Shown one piece after another: positions 35,742-49,300 of a DNA stretch of 64,000 bases. The DNA is taken from positions 1,335,650 through 1,399,649 of the forward strand of contig NMRA01000020.1 of NCBI GenBank assembly GCA_002633005.1, in the 5' to 3' direction. This stretch comes from Phoronis australis (taxonomy: Eukaryota > Animalia > Phoronida). Both the position numbers and the translations under genes were made by a program. Under the pieces are notes generated by a model. It saw only the letters and a program-made list of their open reading frames with translations. It did not search any database and was not told where the DNA came from. Each line of letters opens with the position of its first letter. The first letter of the stretch is position 1.

Positions 35742-38110
35742 ATGTTTGCCTCTGTATCTTCAGATTTTCATGAAGTGTGGCAAATAGGTTTGTACTAAGA
35801 CTGTGAGGTCTTCCCATTTTCAGCTGGGTTCAACTTGTTCTGCACCACCTATAGACCATTTTTGAAACCAATTAACACCCCAGAAGCCTACCATTTGTGA
35901 TACAGTAGTGGGTACATTTCAGTGCTCTGTTCATTTACTATCTAAGTGGCTGCACGTGCTTTGCTGCATTTTGACAACGCCATTATGTAAATAAACTGCA
36001 GCAGTCATCCATCCCATGCCATCAAAAACTCAGCATTTGTCAATGTCCACATCAATAGCCCTCAATTAGTAATTCTTACTTATTGAATTCTTGGCAATCA
36101 CAACATTTTGTTTTATATACACGTGCACTAAATTTGCTTATTTCTTTGCAAATTTAAAAAAAGTTCGCAATAAGGTAATGTCTCCTCAAAATTGACGTAT
36201 CGCAAGCTCTGCCCCTATAAACAAACAATAACTTTTACCCAGCAACGTGTTGTTTGTCGAGTAAAATGGTGGCTTGGAAACGAAGGTGTGTCAAGAATGC
36301 TGCGTTCTGATTGGTCAGTTAAGCCGTCGTTCAAAATCCTGGCGATAGATCAATTAGCTCACAGCAATGATGGACAAGTGTTTTTTTTATAAAATATGAG
36401 TAACACCAAATAAATGTTTGATGGTTTTAAATTTCCTTCCATCCCAAAGCTATCTTCAGACTTTGTTTTTGAGAATTTGGGTATTCATTGGAAATTCCTC
36501 CCGTTTAATGGCACCTTGTTCTTTGTCAATAGATTTGTACAAGAACCACTATCCCTAAGAAGCCTGTTGATCAGAAACACTGATCTAAAGTCTTTTTGTT
36601 TGGTACACAGAAGTTAGTGATAACTCTGTGGTCCCAAATGACTGGTAAAAATTAAACCGAGTATGATGTACTAAAACTGGTGTCTTTTTAAATTGTTTGG
36701 CTTCTGAATTTGGATTTCTCATGTATGAACATTTTTACATGAGGAAATACAAAAAGTACCATAATTGTTGGGTTTTGATTCTCTGGCACCTGTTCATGAA
36801 CGTAGTAAAGGTACTTGTGACAGATACTTGACCTGCGAGTTGCGTTGTTGGACAAAAGACCACAAGAACATTGACATTGGAATAAAAAGATACCTGTATT
36901 TAGCTTGGATTTGGAAACCACTGTAGTTTCAAGTTGAAATGGAGGGTTTTTGTAATATTACAACATTTTTTCATAAATATGAAGCAATTTTGATTCTAAA
37001 AACTTCAGTTTATTGTACTCAAGATGTTGGTTAAGATTCCTTTGGCTGAGATCCAGGCCGTGTGATGTATAGTTGAAGCTCCCCATGCATATAAAAACAG
37101 ACACAAATGGTAAGAACAACATCAATATAATTCCAGACCTTTGATCACAGGTCTGATCATGATAAGGGGACAAGGATAAATGAAATAAAAGCATGCAGAG
37201 TTGCAAAATTGGCTGTAAGCATGAGTTATGGCAAGGTGCTGAACATAGATAACAAAGTTGGGGCATAGAGGTCATCTGTTGGCCATGGTTGGAACTAACA
37301 ATACAATTCACAAGCAGGATACCCAGCTAAGAATGCGACAATGGCCAGTTAAACAATGCTAAAAACCTTTGAATACAGAATAAAAATCGTCTTTGGCTAT
37401 TATTTTTGTTTGAAATTAGTGAAATTCTATGGACGCCAGATTGCCAGTGTTTTCTCTTGTTGTATTCAAGTTACTTGTGGTGAACCGTACATTACGTGTG
37501 ACCGCATGTTTGTTCACGACGTCTTTCATTTGCTGAACTATACAAAAAGAGGCTTGGCATCATAAGTTACGCAGTGGCTAAATTTTTAACTGTTTGTATA
37601 ACAGTGCAACAACCAAGGTTCAAGGGCATCTGCTGACCTTGGGTTGTTTTTTTGTGATTACACTTGGGTGCACTCACGAAAAGAATTTTATCATTTGTTT
37701 TCAGGTATCACAATAACAATCTATGTACAGTCTAAGTTTCAACTGATGTAAATCATGTACTCAAGTTTAACATGACCGAATACTATTGATATAGTCTTGC
37801 CAATGACATTTCCCCAAAGACGGACTAATACAGTACTAAATGCATACAGGTTTTCACTCATCTTATAAAATGCTATGTTGCATTCTGCAAATACAAGGCA
37901 GTTGCGAGATAGCTCCTGTGACAAGCGCTTGCCTAAGGGAACTTAAAGGAGAATGCCACCCGATTTAATTAGTCTTTTTTACTGTCTTAATCGGTCTATA
38001 TACACATCGCCTCTTATACGGTCGACCTCACCTTGCGGAGAGGTGTCGCGTTAACCTGTGAGGAAGGTGAGAAACGACGCAGCGACGTCAATGGTTCGTC
38101 TGCAGAGTGA

Positions 38111-40690
38111 ATGCCGCTATATCGCGGTGCGTCAGTTCCCGCCCTTCGGAACTATGAAGCTGCGAAGAAAGCGGGTATATCCTTTTTCCGACTTCTTAGA
38201 GCCCGAAATGCTTAGGAAGTGGCTCGTGGTAGTGAAGAATGAAAGGTACGCCGTTAATAACAAGTACCGTAATCGTTCGGGTTAACGCCCATGCTCAGTT
38301 AACCGCCCATCCCCGACTTTAAATGGATTTTCGAATTAACCGCCCACTGCTCGGTTAAGCGCCCCCCTGCGATTTTTGAAGATTTCCAGTTAAGCGCCCA
38401 CCTCTCGGTTAAGCGCCCATCCCCTTTAGAAAAAGATCGACGATCATAATGAGTGCAACGACGTCGGGACTCCGAGACGGTGGTTTAGCAATCTGAATTA
38501 CAATACAGGTAACGAGTTATTGTCTTGGGTCGTGAACTCACTTCAAAATATAATACTTGAATCTTTTTGTCTCTTTATTTTCTTCCCTTGTTTGCAAAGT
38601 TTAAGAACGCCGCCGGCGTCAAAACCTCCGCTTTCAGCGACTTTGTCTGCCGCGCTGAGTTTCCGTCTGCAGTGCACTAGATAAAACATATATTTGAAAA
38701 AATCAGGCCAGAGAAATGTGACAATAGTTTTGCCAACCCTCCAAATTCTATTAAGGTGGGAAGCTCTCGTATTTTGAACAAAACTCACGGAAAGATGTCA
38801 AATTCTCAATATATTGATGAATATAACTACCGGGTTATAGAGGATGTGGGGCGACCGAAGGGACAGTACAAATGCCTTACTGGGTTACCGATTTCGTTGC
38901 TGCCTGTCGATTTCTGAATTCAAACGTTGACAAAAACGTATGCTTGTGTATGATCTTGAAGTAATAAAAAACGGCTAGTCAAATTTTGTTTTTCGCTTAT
39001 TGCATTTCAGTCAAACTGGTTAGCAGATTTAACTAATGTCGCTGGCTGTTCTTTACTATTCTTGCGTCAGCCTGTACGTAAGCGTGACTGTGTGAATTAT
39101 CGTTTCCAAATCCCCCTTTTAGCCATCCAGAATAATTTTGTTTATACATTGGCCATTTTCAGCCTGAACAAAAATTCTTACCATTCGAGTCTGAAATATC
39201 TGCGACGTAGACTGCTTGACGATAGTGGGTAGGAGATTCACACAGCTAGTTACAGGGATGGGCTTAGGGAGCATCGAGCCGGGAAATATGGCAATAGACT
39301 TGACATCGCAGTTTTGGGGAACATTGGCAACGGAGGAATATCGTAAAGAACTGGGTCTTTCGTAACAACAGCTTAAAAGCACATAGTCACGCCCGTTTTT
39401 GTTCCTTCCCACTGTCGCTATGTGTGACTGATTTGTAGTGGTGAACGTGCGCAAGTTCCCACACTTTGGAGTGCATGTTACCTTGACACCAACGTGATTG
39501 ACAGGCGACTCACACGTAGGCCCTACGTGCGTGCTGAATACCGCCACTATCTTTGGCCATAAAAAACGAGATGCATATTGAAAGAGGCCGTTATATTACT
39601 TGACGGCATTTCCAAGTCACGATTGTCAGCCGACTGAGACATTGCGCGATAACAGCGGGACCGAACAGTGCCGCAGTGCGATATTACAAGTGATATAAAT
39701 AGGATAATCTGGACATCTTGCATGAAAAATAAATGTTTTTCCACCACGAAGTTTGGTAAGGTGATCGTTTAGAATAATGAATTGAAACATTGCTGTTTTC
39801 TGACATTTTGTAACATATTTATGCAGTTGCTTGAAATTTTATTCTTGATCGACGACTGGCTCGACCACCCCCGATCCTTGTCTTACTTCTTTGCATAGCA
39901 TGTTTGGCGCAACGGCAAGAGAGCAATGCCGGGCTGTCGAGATAAGACAGCTAGCCGCAGAACCATACGCTGAAAATGTCATTGAGTCACGGAGTGTCGA
40001 CTATAACATCCCAAACACAAAAAAAAACAGATTTAAGTTTTTCAAACTTTTATTACAACCAATTTTAAAACTGCTCTCTGACTCAGAACTTGACAGCTAC
40101 GTATAGCACGAGACTGTAACCATAAATTTGATGTCTGACCTCTGCAACACGTGAAGCTTGCACGCGCGCACTTAAGTAGGGTCACATCTTGAAACAGTTT
40201 TAATTCTAGTGGAGGCTGCGAGGTGACTGGTCGTCTGCGCACCGCAGGACGGCACGGGCTATTACTCAGCAGTTTTGTAAATTTAATAGTGAATGACTAA
40301 TCTGTGGGCAAGAGAACCTTTGTTGGGATCATCCGCTGTTATGATGTTTTCACAGTCATTTGGCGACAGGACGATAAAGCTCTTTGAAAAGGGCTACGCG
40401 TTCCGAATATGATTGTCGTGTTGGGATTTAGATCGCCATGTAAGATTAACCGCCCGGGGTGGTTGTCTGTCGTAATAAGCGCCCATGTTCTTTTAACCGC
40501 CCATCCTCTACTTTAGGCGGATTTTCGATTTAACCGCCCACTGCTCGGTTAACCGCCCTCCCCCGATTTTTTGGATTCGCCAATTTAACCGCATTAACTC
40601 GAACGATTACGGTATGAGGCCGTGAAACATTTCCGTGTCTGTGGACTGGCATTTCGTCGACAGTGATTTCTCTGACGAATTCTGGCTTAC
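38111..40690 (+). pseudogene. THAP domain remnant split by a Tc2/pogo-like insertion
   Basis: MPLYRGAS...KKAGISFFRL / EMLRKWLVVVKNERYAVNNKY [insertion 38267-40612] EAVKHFRVCG / HFVDSDF, with frameshifts. Confidence 0.75.
38267..40612. mobile_element. Tc1/mariner-superfamily (Tc2/pogo-like) non-autonomous element, copy 1
   Basis: TA|CCGTAATCGTTCG ... CGAACGATTACGG|TA; subterminal TTAASCGCCC repeats; no transposase ORF. Confidence 0.9.
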
Positions 40691-40870
40691 CAAAGAACTA
40701 TCCATACGTTCCGTTGCCTGTGCATGTTCACGGCGCCTCTCTAGTATTTCTTGATCAGTGTATTCCGGTTCGAATTGATAGCTGTGAAACCTACCGATCC
40801 GATCCGTGAAGTCTTCGTCGGATGAGCTCTTGACTAACTAAGTCGGGATTGGCGCCGGGTGAGTTGCCAT
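40691..40870 (-). pseudogene. First-exon remnant of Kolobok KolX / P2X7-ballast-like protein
   Basis: Not in the ORF track: MATHPAPIPT*LVKSSSDEDFTDRIGRFHSYQFEPEYTDQEILERRREHAQATERMDSSL|GTAAGC; YQFEPEYT is the family's N-terminal motif; one internal stop. Confidence 0.7.
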
Positions 40871-41203
40871 GTAGACGTTTATTATTCTGCGTTCTGCTTC
40901 AAAATGAATTATTCACATCCTAACCAATGCTTACATAAATCTGAAACAAAGTCTGTCTCATTAGATACGATTTGTAATGTCTTTGCAGTATTTTTGAGTG
41001 TAATTGAGAAGCCAATAATGAATAAACCACTGCGTTACCGGGCTTTGATATCAGCAAGGACCGGGCACCGAGGCCGTGCGAGCGCATGCTAATTCAGTGT
41101 TTGCTGACAGAAAGCTGTTGTGAAACAATTACTCGATTTTATATCTGTGGTCACATGTTAGGGGAATCTTTATTCAGAAATACAAATGCATTATTCAAAT
41201 CAT

Positions 41204-41678
41204 TGTTACTGTACAACTTTTGACCTAACGGTCTGTGGAAGGGGAACCCGACTTTGCGGGCCCCTGACAATTAGTAAGTAGATATTCAGTTTCGTGGCTA
41301 ATTCCCATTATTTCTTTGGCTCACCATTATAGTCTTTTCCTGACTGCCGGTTTAGTTTCTAACTCAAGCTGGTTTATGTTCGTGCCAGTCCCGGCCGCGA
41401 CGGGCCTGATCGGGTTCCGAGTCACTGGCCGGGATAACGAGTCAGTGCGGCCGCGACGAATCTGATCAGGTTACGAGCCCTGGTCAGAATAACTAGCGTT
41501 TTGTGTGTTTAGAACTAAAAAAACAACACAGTTCTTGGTTCTCCTGTCTGTATTTCATGGAAGAATACTTTGAATTTATCTCTGAACAGACCCCCAAACT
41601 CCTGCTATGGACCTTGGTAAATTGGCCTGCTGAACTTTGTAGGCTACAGTGTGTCCAAATAAAAATAAATCCGTAACA
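41204..41678. mobile_element. Possible solo LTR
   Basis: TGTTAC...GTAACA ends, internal ~56-bp duplication (41392-41496), AATAAA near the right end; no matching TSD. Confidence 0.3.
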
Positions 41679-44428
41679 GCGAAATAAAACAACACATTTT
41701 TATGCGCCCACATATTTATATGTGGACGCATTATTGTAAGAACTCGGTGTATTTTTAAGGGTTTTACATCAAAGTTCGATTATTTATTGGTGTTAAATGA
41801 TGAAGTCAAGTGATAACCTGACACCAGTAACCCATGTTGTGAACTGCTGAGCAGACTGCGTGTGAAACCAATTACGTCATTGGATAATTTCAACACCTCC
41901 GCCTGCCGTCAGGTGTCAGGTAACACAACCGAACGTGCCGTTATCGAGTAGAACTACTCGATCTAAATTGATACAAAAGGGTTTGTTTTTTTTGGTGGCA
42001 TAGTCCTTTAAGCCATGATTTTTCTTTTATAATTGAACATTCAAGCCTAGTCTACCACTCACTTTAGTTGTGGTCTTTTTTTCTTGTCTGCGTTAGTTAA
42101 ATCTCAAAATTACTTTCAAAATTTGTGATTTTTTGTATACTTGGTTTTCTCGTAAGAAACTTGCTCTCGGAAACCCTAGGCTTGACTCGGGCAGTGCTAA
42201 AAAAGTATTTGAATTCATAGCCATTGGCAACAGTAAACATGAAAATGTTGATCAAGATAATCTGATGTGACAAAGTTGTCCTTGAGCTTTAGTATTTAAA
42301 GTAGATTTCGTCAATCAACAGAGTCTGCTACCCTCAGAATATTGTTTGATGGATTGAATTTCGGAGCCATTACCGCAATGTCTCGTGACGAGGCGCGTAA
42401 GGTCTTGCAACAAAGCGCTCAAGACACTAGAATTGTCTGCAACAAAAACTAGAACTGACAATTGCCATATGGCGCATGTAAATGAAGCTAGCTCTGTGGA
42501 CTTTGAACACTAGGTACTCTGGTCTTTATTTTGTCAATACTGGCTGCATAACTTCCAAGTAAGGAAGGTGCTGGCATGTCCAAGTCTTGACAGTTATCTA
42601 GGAAAGGCCCTGAAACTTAAATCACACTTTTCCTGTAACATGGTTGATCAGAAGGCAGATATTCAGCCTGAAGAAATTCAAGTGAATAGGAATGTTTGTG
42701 GGATGTTTGATCAGCCATCAGCGTTCTGCTGATTTGCTGTCAAATCTCCTTCAAATCTTCTCTCTGACTGAATATTTTGCCAAAAGACCAGTTCTGTTGT
42801 CATTCCATTGGTGATGGCCGGCAGAAATAAATTACCTCTCTCGGATGCTGCATGCTAAAATTGTATCATTGGATGAGCTGTGGGCCACTAAGATACATAA
42901 GGGGCAATGGACATGTAGTTCTACTTGATTAAACATTTTGTGAACAATAAAATGATGTTGAAGAGTGACACCTAGTGGATAATACGGGAAAACGGGGTTA
43001 CGCCTACGTCACACAACCGCCATTAAAATACAAGTTTCTTGCATTGTCTTGGTGTAATTATCCTAGAAATCCATTGTTTATAGAAACACCAGTTCAGTGC
43101 AACTCATTCTGCAACATAAGCTAAATCCCCATGTCATACAAGGTGGCATTGTAGACTAATAAGTACATGGCATGTCACCCCTGTATATTCTCTGTCCACA
43201 AAATCTGTGGTCTTGCGCACAAGCTGCGACCAATACTATTGAACGCAACATCATTATTCAGTAGCTGTTCTTGGTGAGATGCACGTCTTACTTCTGACAA
43301 GTACCTCATTCGACGTGGTGATCAATTCTAACGGAGTCTGAAACGGGTTAATATACCTCTCCTTGTTCCAACAAATTCTATCACGTCCTATGGAGCAGCT
43401 TGGTCACTCCGTCAGTTAAGACAGTCACAAGTCAACAGCAACTCGTCATTTTGCAATTACCAGGTAGATTTTGTCCACAATATGCAACTTCCACAATTTC
43501 CAAGAGCACACATAACTAAATTATATTTATTACCTTTTTTGCCATCACTTATTGGGTGAATTTGGCATTGGCAATGTGATGACGATATGTAACTTGGTGG
43601 ATAAACGTGTGACTTAAGCTGCATTTACACGGGGTGCACTTGACACGGAGCAGCTAACATAGAACAGCTGATGGGGAGCAAGTATGTGTGTGTAAGGACG
43701 ACTGACAGTTGTAGCAAGTTGAAACCGTAGCAGCCATTTTGACAGTTGCTGCATTGTCAACTGCACGTCTAAACACAAGTTGGGGCAAAGTCTCTGTTAC
43801 GCTTGCGCAGTAGCGTGTTTAGAGTGATAGGCTGGCATTCCACATGGTTTGGATTCCGCTTTTGTTTATGCGAGCATGTGCAGATAATCTTGGTGTAAAT
43901 GACTCATGCTCATCCAGCTTGTGATCTAATGTGGTGTAAATGGGACTAAAATGGAGCAACTCCTGTGAAACCCCATGCCATTGTTGTGAATTCTGCCCTT
44001 TGTCTGCTAGAAATCAGTGAGAGCTGGCCTTCAACAGCATGCATGTATGTTTATTCTCAGTCTCAAATTTCATTGTGTTGGTGGCATTGAATTGAATTAT
44101 CTTGTTCCCTACAGTCTTTCCTAGTGATGTCATTGTTTGGACTTTCTGACAGCAGCTTTGTGATTGGATTTATTCTTCTACTAACACTATTAATGGCAAA
44201 AAGTGTTTTATTGTCAAGCTACACAACATTCAATCTTGCAAAATTTGTGCTGTCAGAGCCCTTGATGCCTCGATTTTGGTGTTGAATATCGGGGCCCAAT
44301 TCCCCTATGAAAATTGTGTGAAAATCAAGCAACATTCTCCTCACCAGGCATTTTTTTCATGAAACTTTGTAGATTTGACAATGAGTACATGTTACCACCC
44401 TACTTCTTGGATCGCTTGTTTCTATTAA

Positions 44429-44860
44429 AGATACTATGTCTCATTAAAACCATGAATATTCAAATTTGTTTCAGGCACCACCTAGTGACTTGCTGGAGAA
44501 CTGCATGTATAAGTATTATCAGGTAAAGAAACAATTTGTAAATAAATTGCTGTTTTAAAGAAACACCACAACTGATACACTTAAAACAAGTGCTAACGTA
44601 TAAAAAAACTTACTATTTCCAAATAGTATGCAATCTATGTTTGATAGCAAAATAAGTGGTGAAATCTGTGACTTGTTTCATTACGGTAATGATGAAATTT
44701 TTCCACACTCATTTACCTAAAAATAGTCTTGCAAAAGGAGACTTTCGCAAGATTGTAATGGCAACTGGTTCTTGGATGGTTTCTGGCACACTAGAGGGTC
44801 CGGGCTGTTTGTAATCTAGTATTTCATTTCATATTCACAATTTAATGAGACATAGCATCT
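44429..44860. mobile_element. TTAA-flanked MITE (Kolobok-like ends)
   Basis: TTAA|AGATACTATGTCTCATTAAA ... TTTAATGAGACATAGCATCT|TTAA. Confidence 0.8.
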
Positions 44861-45711
44861 TTAAACCTGCTGGTTACCCATTTTGGGATTTGTTAAAAAC
44901 TTTGTCAGTAAAATCTGAAGCCAGGACACCAGGTTGGTCCTGGAACATGTGTTGGTAAGTGATTGATTATCTATATTGAGTGACTTGATATGGCTAGTCA
45001 ATATTAACTGTAGATGATGACGTCAATACAAATTTCTTAGTGAAACTTATATTGTGCCTCACTGTTCCTTCCTCTGATCAGTTGTGTTGCTGGAGGCTTA
45101 GTTACGTAAAAATATGATTGACTGATTGTCATTCATTTAGATACTAAGTAATTAATGCTGTTCATTCACAAGTGGTAATCGTTCAAAATGAACCACACAG
45201 TAATTCTATTCATAACTTAACTAATTCTTACTTCAAGTATGTTTGTTTTGTGCTGTGAAAAAACTCGTTTTTTAATTTAAATATTCAGTGTTCTGAAGTC
45301 TTATGGAAGATGCTGGTGTGTCCAAGACTGAGTGGCAACTAAACCCCCAGTGTTCAGTGTAGGCTGCAGTTCCCTGTAACTAAATCAGAATGTATTGTGG
45401 TTAGTGTGTTTGAGACTCCTGAGGAATGGAGGTTGTAATGTAATGGAGCTAATGTTATATAAACTAGCTTAGTTGCAATGTGGTTGGACTGTATGTGGTT
45501 GGATTGTGTTGGCCACTATGGCTGTGTGGGTTGCTAATGGAGTCTTCCAGATGTGACAAGGCTGTGTCAAGCATCAGGGCTGAGAAAGTTATGATAAAAC
45601 AGGGTCCAAAGCTACACAGGTTGTCTTCCTGGTCAGCGTGTCCAAGCTAACAAAGTTTAACCCATTTTTGTAATCTTGTTTTTAATTAAGACTTGATATG
45701 GCAACCTTTTA

Positions 45712-46330
45712 TCAGCTCCAGTACACACTTCTTGACTGGCCCAGGCTGTAGAGGGGTGTTCAACTCCAGCACACACTTATCGGCTGGCCCAGGCTGTAGG
45801 GGGATCTTCAGCTCCAGCACACACACTTATTGGCTGGCCCAGGCTGTAGAGGGGTGTTCAGTTGCAGGATATTCTTGTCTGGCCCAGGCTGTTGAGGGGT
45901 GTTCAGCTCCAGCAGACACTTCTTGAATGGCCTAGGCTGTAGACGGGTGTTCAGTTGCAAGATACTCTTGACTGGCCCAGGCTATAGAAGGGTGTTCACT
46001 TCCAAAACATACTTCTTGACTGGCCTAGACTGTAGAAGGGTGTTCAGCTGCAGTACACACTTCTTGACTGGCCTTGGCTGTAGAGGGGTGTTCAGCTCCA
46101 GCACACTTATTGGCTGGTCCAGGCTGTAGACGGGTGTTCAGTTGCATGATACTCTTGACTGGCCCAGGCTATAGAAGGGTGTTCAGTTCCAAAACACACT
46201 TCTTGACTGGCCTAGACTGTAGAGGGGTGTTCAGCTCCAGCACACTTATTGGCTGGCCCAGGCTGTAGAGGGGTGTTCAGCTCCAGCACACTTATTGATG
46301 GCCCAGGCTGTAGAGGGGTGTTCAGTTTCA
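45712..46330. repeat. Minisatellite, 45-50-bp unit, about 13 copies
   Basis: TTCAGCTCCAGCACAC(AC)TTMTTGRCTGGCCCAGGCTGTAGAGGGGTG repeated head to tail with variants. Confidence 0.95.
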
Positions 46331-49300
46331 AGACACAATTAGTAATTCTCACTAATTCAGGACACAATATGGCAGACAACTTAAATTTTATTTTCTCATT
46401 TTTCCTAAAAGTTATGTAACATCAAATTAATGCTTTACCATGTTCAAGTTCTGTATTAGAGCTGTCATCAGAAAATATTTTGAAAATTTGTCGGCATTCA
46501 CAAAAATGTTGGAAGACCTTGACAAACGAAAAAAATGGTGTTTTGACAATCATGTTTGTCCGAAATTGGTGACATTTTGTGGTACATTTGCAGATCAGCT
46601 TCATAATTTTCAGAGTCTTGAGTCTCAACATTTCATGCTGCACCGATAGTCTCACTCATTCCACACAATTAGTAACAGCATTGGAATTCTCATTAAAGAC
46701 AAAATCTTCTGTAGACTTGAAACTTTGTTTTGAATTAAGCCCAGATCTAGCAAAAAAGACTGGTAAACAAGACTTTTCAGGCACATTTCAATGAATATTT
46801 ACATAGGCCATCACATGACTGTTCCTTAGGGTAGCTTTCTTGGTGATTATCAGTTATGACGTCACTGGGCAAATTAGCTGTGATAACTTATTAATGTTAT
46901 ATTATAGCCATATTGTACCAGTAGGGGGTATGCTAATTGGCCTTGTGTGTTAAACAAAACTTGCACGAGTCCCTTGGCACTTCCACCGCTGTCATCATCT
47001 CCATCGTTTATCCACCGTCCGTCGTCCACCTGATGTCCACTGCTGTATATCCAAAATGCCTCTTTTGAGAAATTTTGTAGACATTTTTATTTCATGGATG
47101 GGTCGGTATGCTCAAATTTTTGAACAGATTCGACTGCTGCTGTGCCCTCGACTGGCTATTTCGTTTTTTCATTGCAAGCCTCTGCATCTCCCGAGTTCCT
47201 TGATGGATTTTTACGGAATTTGGCAAAAGGTTTCTATGGAAAACGGCAACATTTTTTTTTGGTTTTCGGATGGATTCTTATTGTTCATTAAGTGAACTTT
47301 TGGCCACTGATATAGTGGATGTTGTTTTTGTAGTTTGTGTGATATCAGGTGGGTGACTTGTGGAATGAAAAAGTCTACAGTAAAACTTGTGTCGAATGTG
47401 CACGGTGAAGTCGAATTTTCTCTTAATTCAGACAAAGGTCATTAGTTGTTCTAGTTCATGCACTCGGCTCTACTATAAGTTGTGTTTTGCCATACTCAAA
47501 TGAAATCTTGGGGTCTGTCCGGATCCCACTTATGTCACTTGGTAGTAAAATTGTATCTTTGTGTGGGTAAATACACAGACTATTTTAATTGAGAATCTCA
47601 GAAATGAACGAAACGAGGACATTCAAAAGTGAAATTGTTGAAAATTCAGGAATTAGTGATTAGCTTAAAGTAGGTGCTACCTGAATGGGTACAATAACCT
47701 TGGTGACAAATTGTTTGGCAGTGGTGACGTCACTTTACCATTAATGCCACATCTCCCCTGTTCTCCTTAGTTTCAGTTAGTGGGAAAGCCTAATTCACAA
47801 GCTTTAGCTGTGGAGTTACACAACTGCCTTGCAATGGAAAGGATAACTCCACTTTTATGGGAATAATCACTAGAGGTCGCTACAGGCAATACATGTTGTC
47901 TGGTGTCAAATCCCTAGAACTAGTATGAACTCCAATGTCACTACAGAGAATTGTTACTAGGAAAGCTATTGGAAAGCTATTGGGAGTTGCAATTGAGCCG
48001 CGATAGATCGGAGTTTGACTAATTGGAAAGTGACGTCTCACCTGATGAGCTCTTTGTAAACAGAAACTTGTTGCTTGTTAACTGAGCCCTAGTATATGAA
48101 AGTGTTGCTAAAATGACAAACTTGGTTACACAAGTTAATTCTCATATATTTATTTTGTCAAATTTCTTAACAACATAAAGACTAACAAAGATTTCATTCT
48201 GTATTTTCTACGTAGATTTCATAAAACAGTTGGCAAAACTTCCTTTATTTCCCCAAGGTAATCGTCTTTGGAAGTAAAAAAAATCATAATTTTTGCAATT
48301 ATTTTTATTTGGAGGAAGTGAACAATTACCATATTCAGTAGGGAAAGAAACTAATTAGGCAGAACTAATTTTGGTTTGCTAATTTAGATAAATATGATTG
48401 AAAGGGGGAATACCCTACGCTAACCTTATGTTAGCCCGCAAAAATGGAACATAAAGATGTTTTTTTTATCATTCCCCTAAGAATTCCTGCTGTGTTATTT
48501 TCATATATCTACCTATGCGTATTTCTGTTCTACCCTTTCTCTGCTGCAACACCTGTTTCTTGTAAAGAAGTCTGAAGTAGGAACTGAAACATATTGTTGT
48601 GGATGTCTTTAACATTGGGTGATCACTCATGTTTCTAGTTTGTGCTTTACATTGAAGTTAATTTTCAAACATGACTGTAGACAATGCATCCCTAGCAGTA
48701 GTTATAAACTTAAAGGTCCTTTCATACTGAACGTTGCCGCTACGTTTTGGGGAGTTAAATTCGGTACTGGACTGAAGTTAACAGCGCCAGTTAACTTTGC
48801 AGTAAACAGGTGGATTTTACTGCGGAGTGTCGTTGCTGTGGTGCGGTGTGAACAGTTGTTGCCGAGGGGCACTGTTGTCGTCAACAGTTAAAGGGTAGTT
48901 TCATCTCTAATATTTGCTAGCCTGCTGTTCAAATAATCTCCAGTAGAATTAGAAATCTGTTTTATGGTAATAATTACATGTAAATTTTCTCAAATTGTCA
49001 CATTAAAAAAAATTATGAACACATGGAACAAAAAACTTCATTTCTCAGTCTCTCTCGAACGGCACCTTATGCATCAGGGCTGCGTGCGATTACTTCAATA
49101 AGGACATTACTACTGTAACTACTAAAGCAGGTATGAATGATTCAACTAACTTTGCAATTTGCATTGACATTCTGCTCGTACCAGAACGGTTGCAAGGATT
49201 GCACGTTTTCTGGAGCTTTGCTGGCCTGGTTTGAGTTGCCTCAAAGCATTTGCTTTTTTACTATTACTTTTGGAGGAAGACGGCTTTTTCAAAGGACTCG

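Larger units (their letters stand above)
31430..35930 (+). repeat. Older HINE-family tandem array (31430-32689 and 35742-35930) hosting a younger HINE
   Basis: Diverged ~140-bp monomers with ...CCTAGTGGCA; a degenerate second 3' end at 35881-35930 parallels the intact one at 35681-35741. Confidence 0.6.
37947..42007. mobile_element. Kolobok-type DNA transposon, deletion derivative with nested insertions
   Basis: TTAA|AGGAGAATGCCACC ... GGTGGCATAGTCCT|TTAA; THAP and KolX remnants inside. Confidence 0.85.

Noticed and set aside
38543-40242. Short ORFs conserved between the two 2.4-kb elements as genes
   Set aside because: Identity reflects recent TE duplication; indels between copies shift the frames and no transposase motif is visible.
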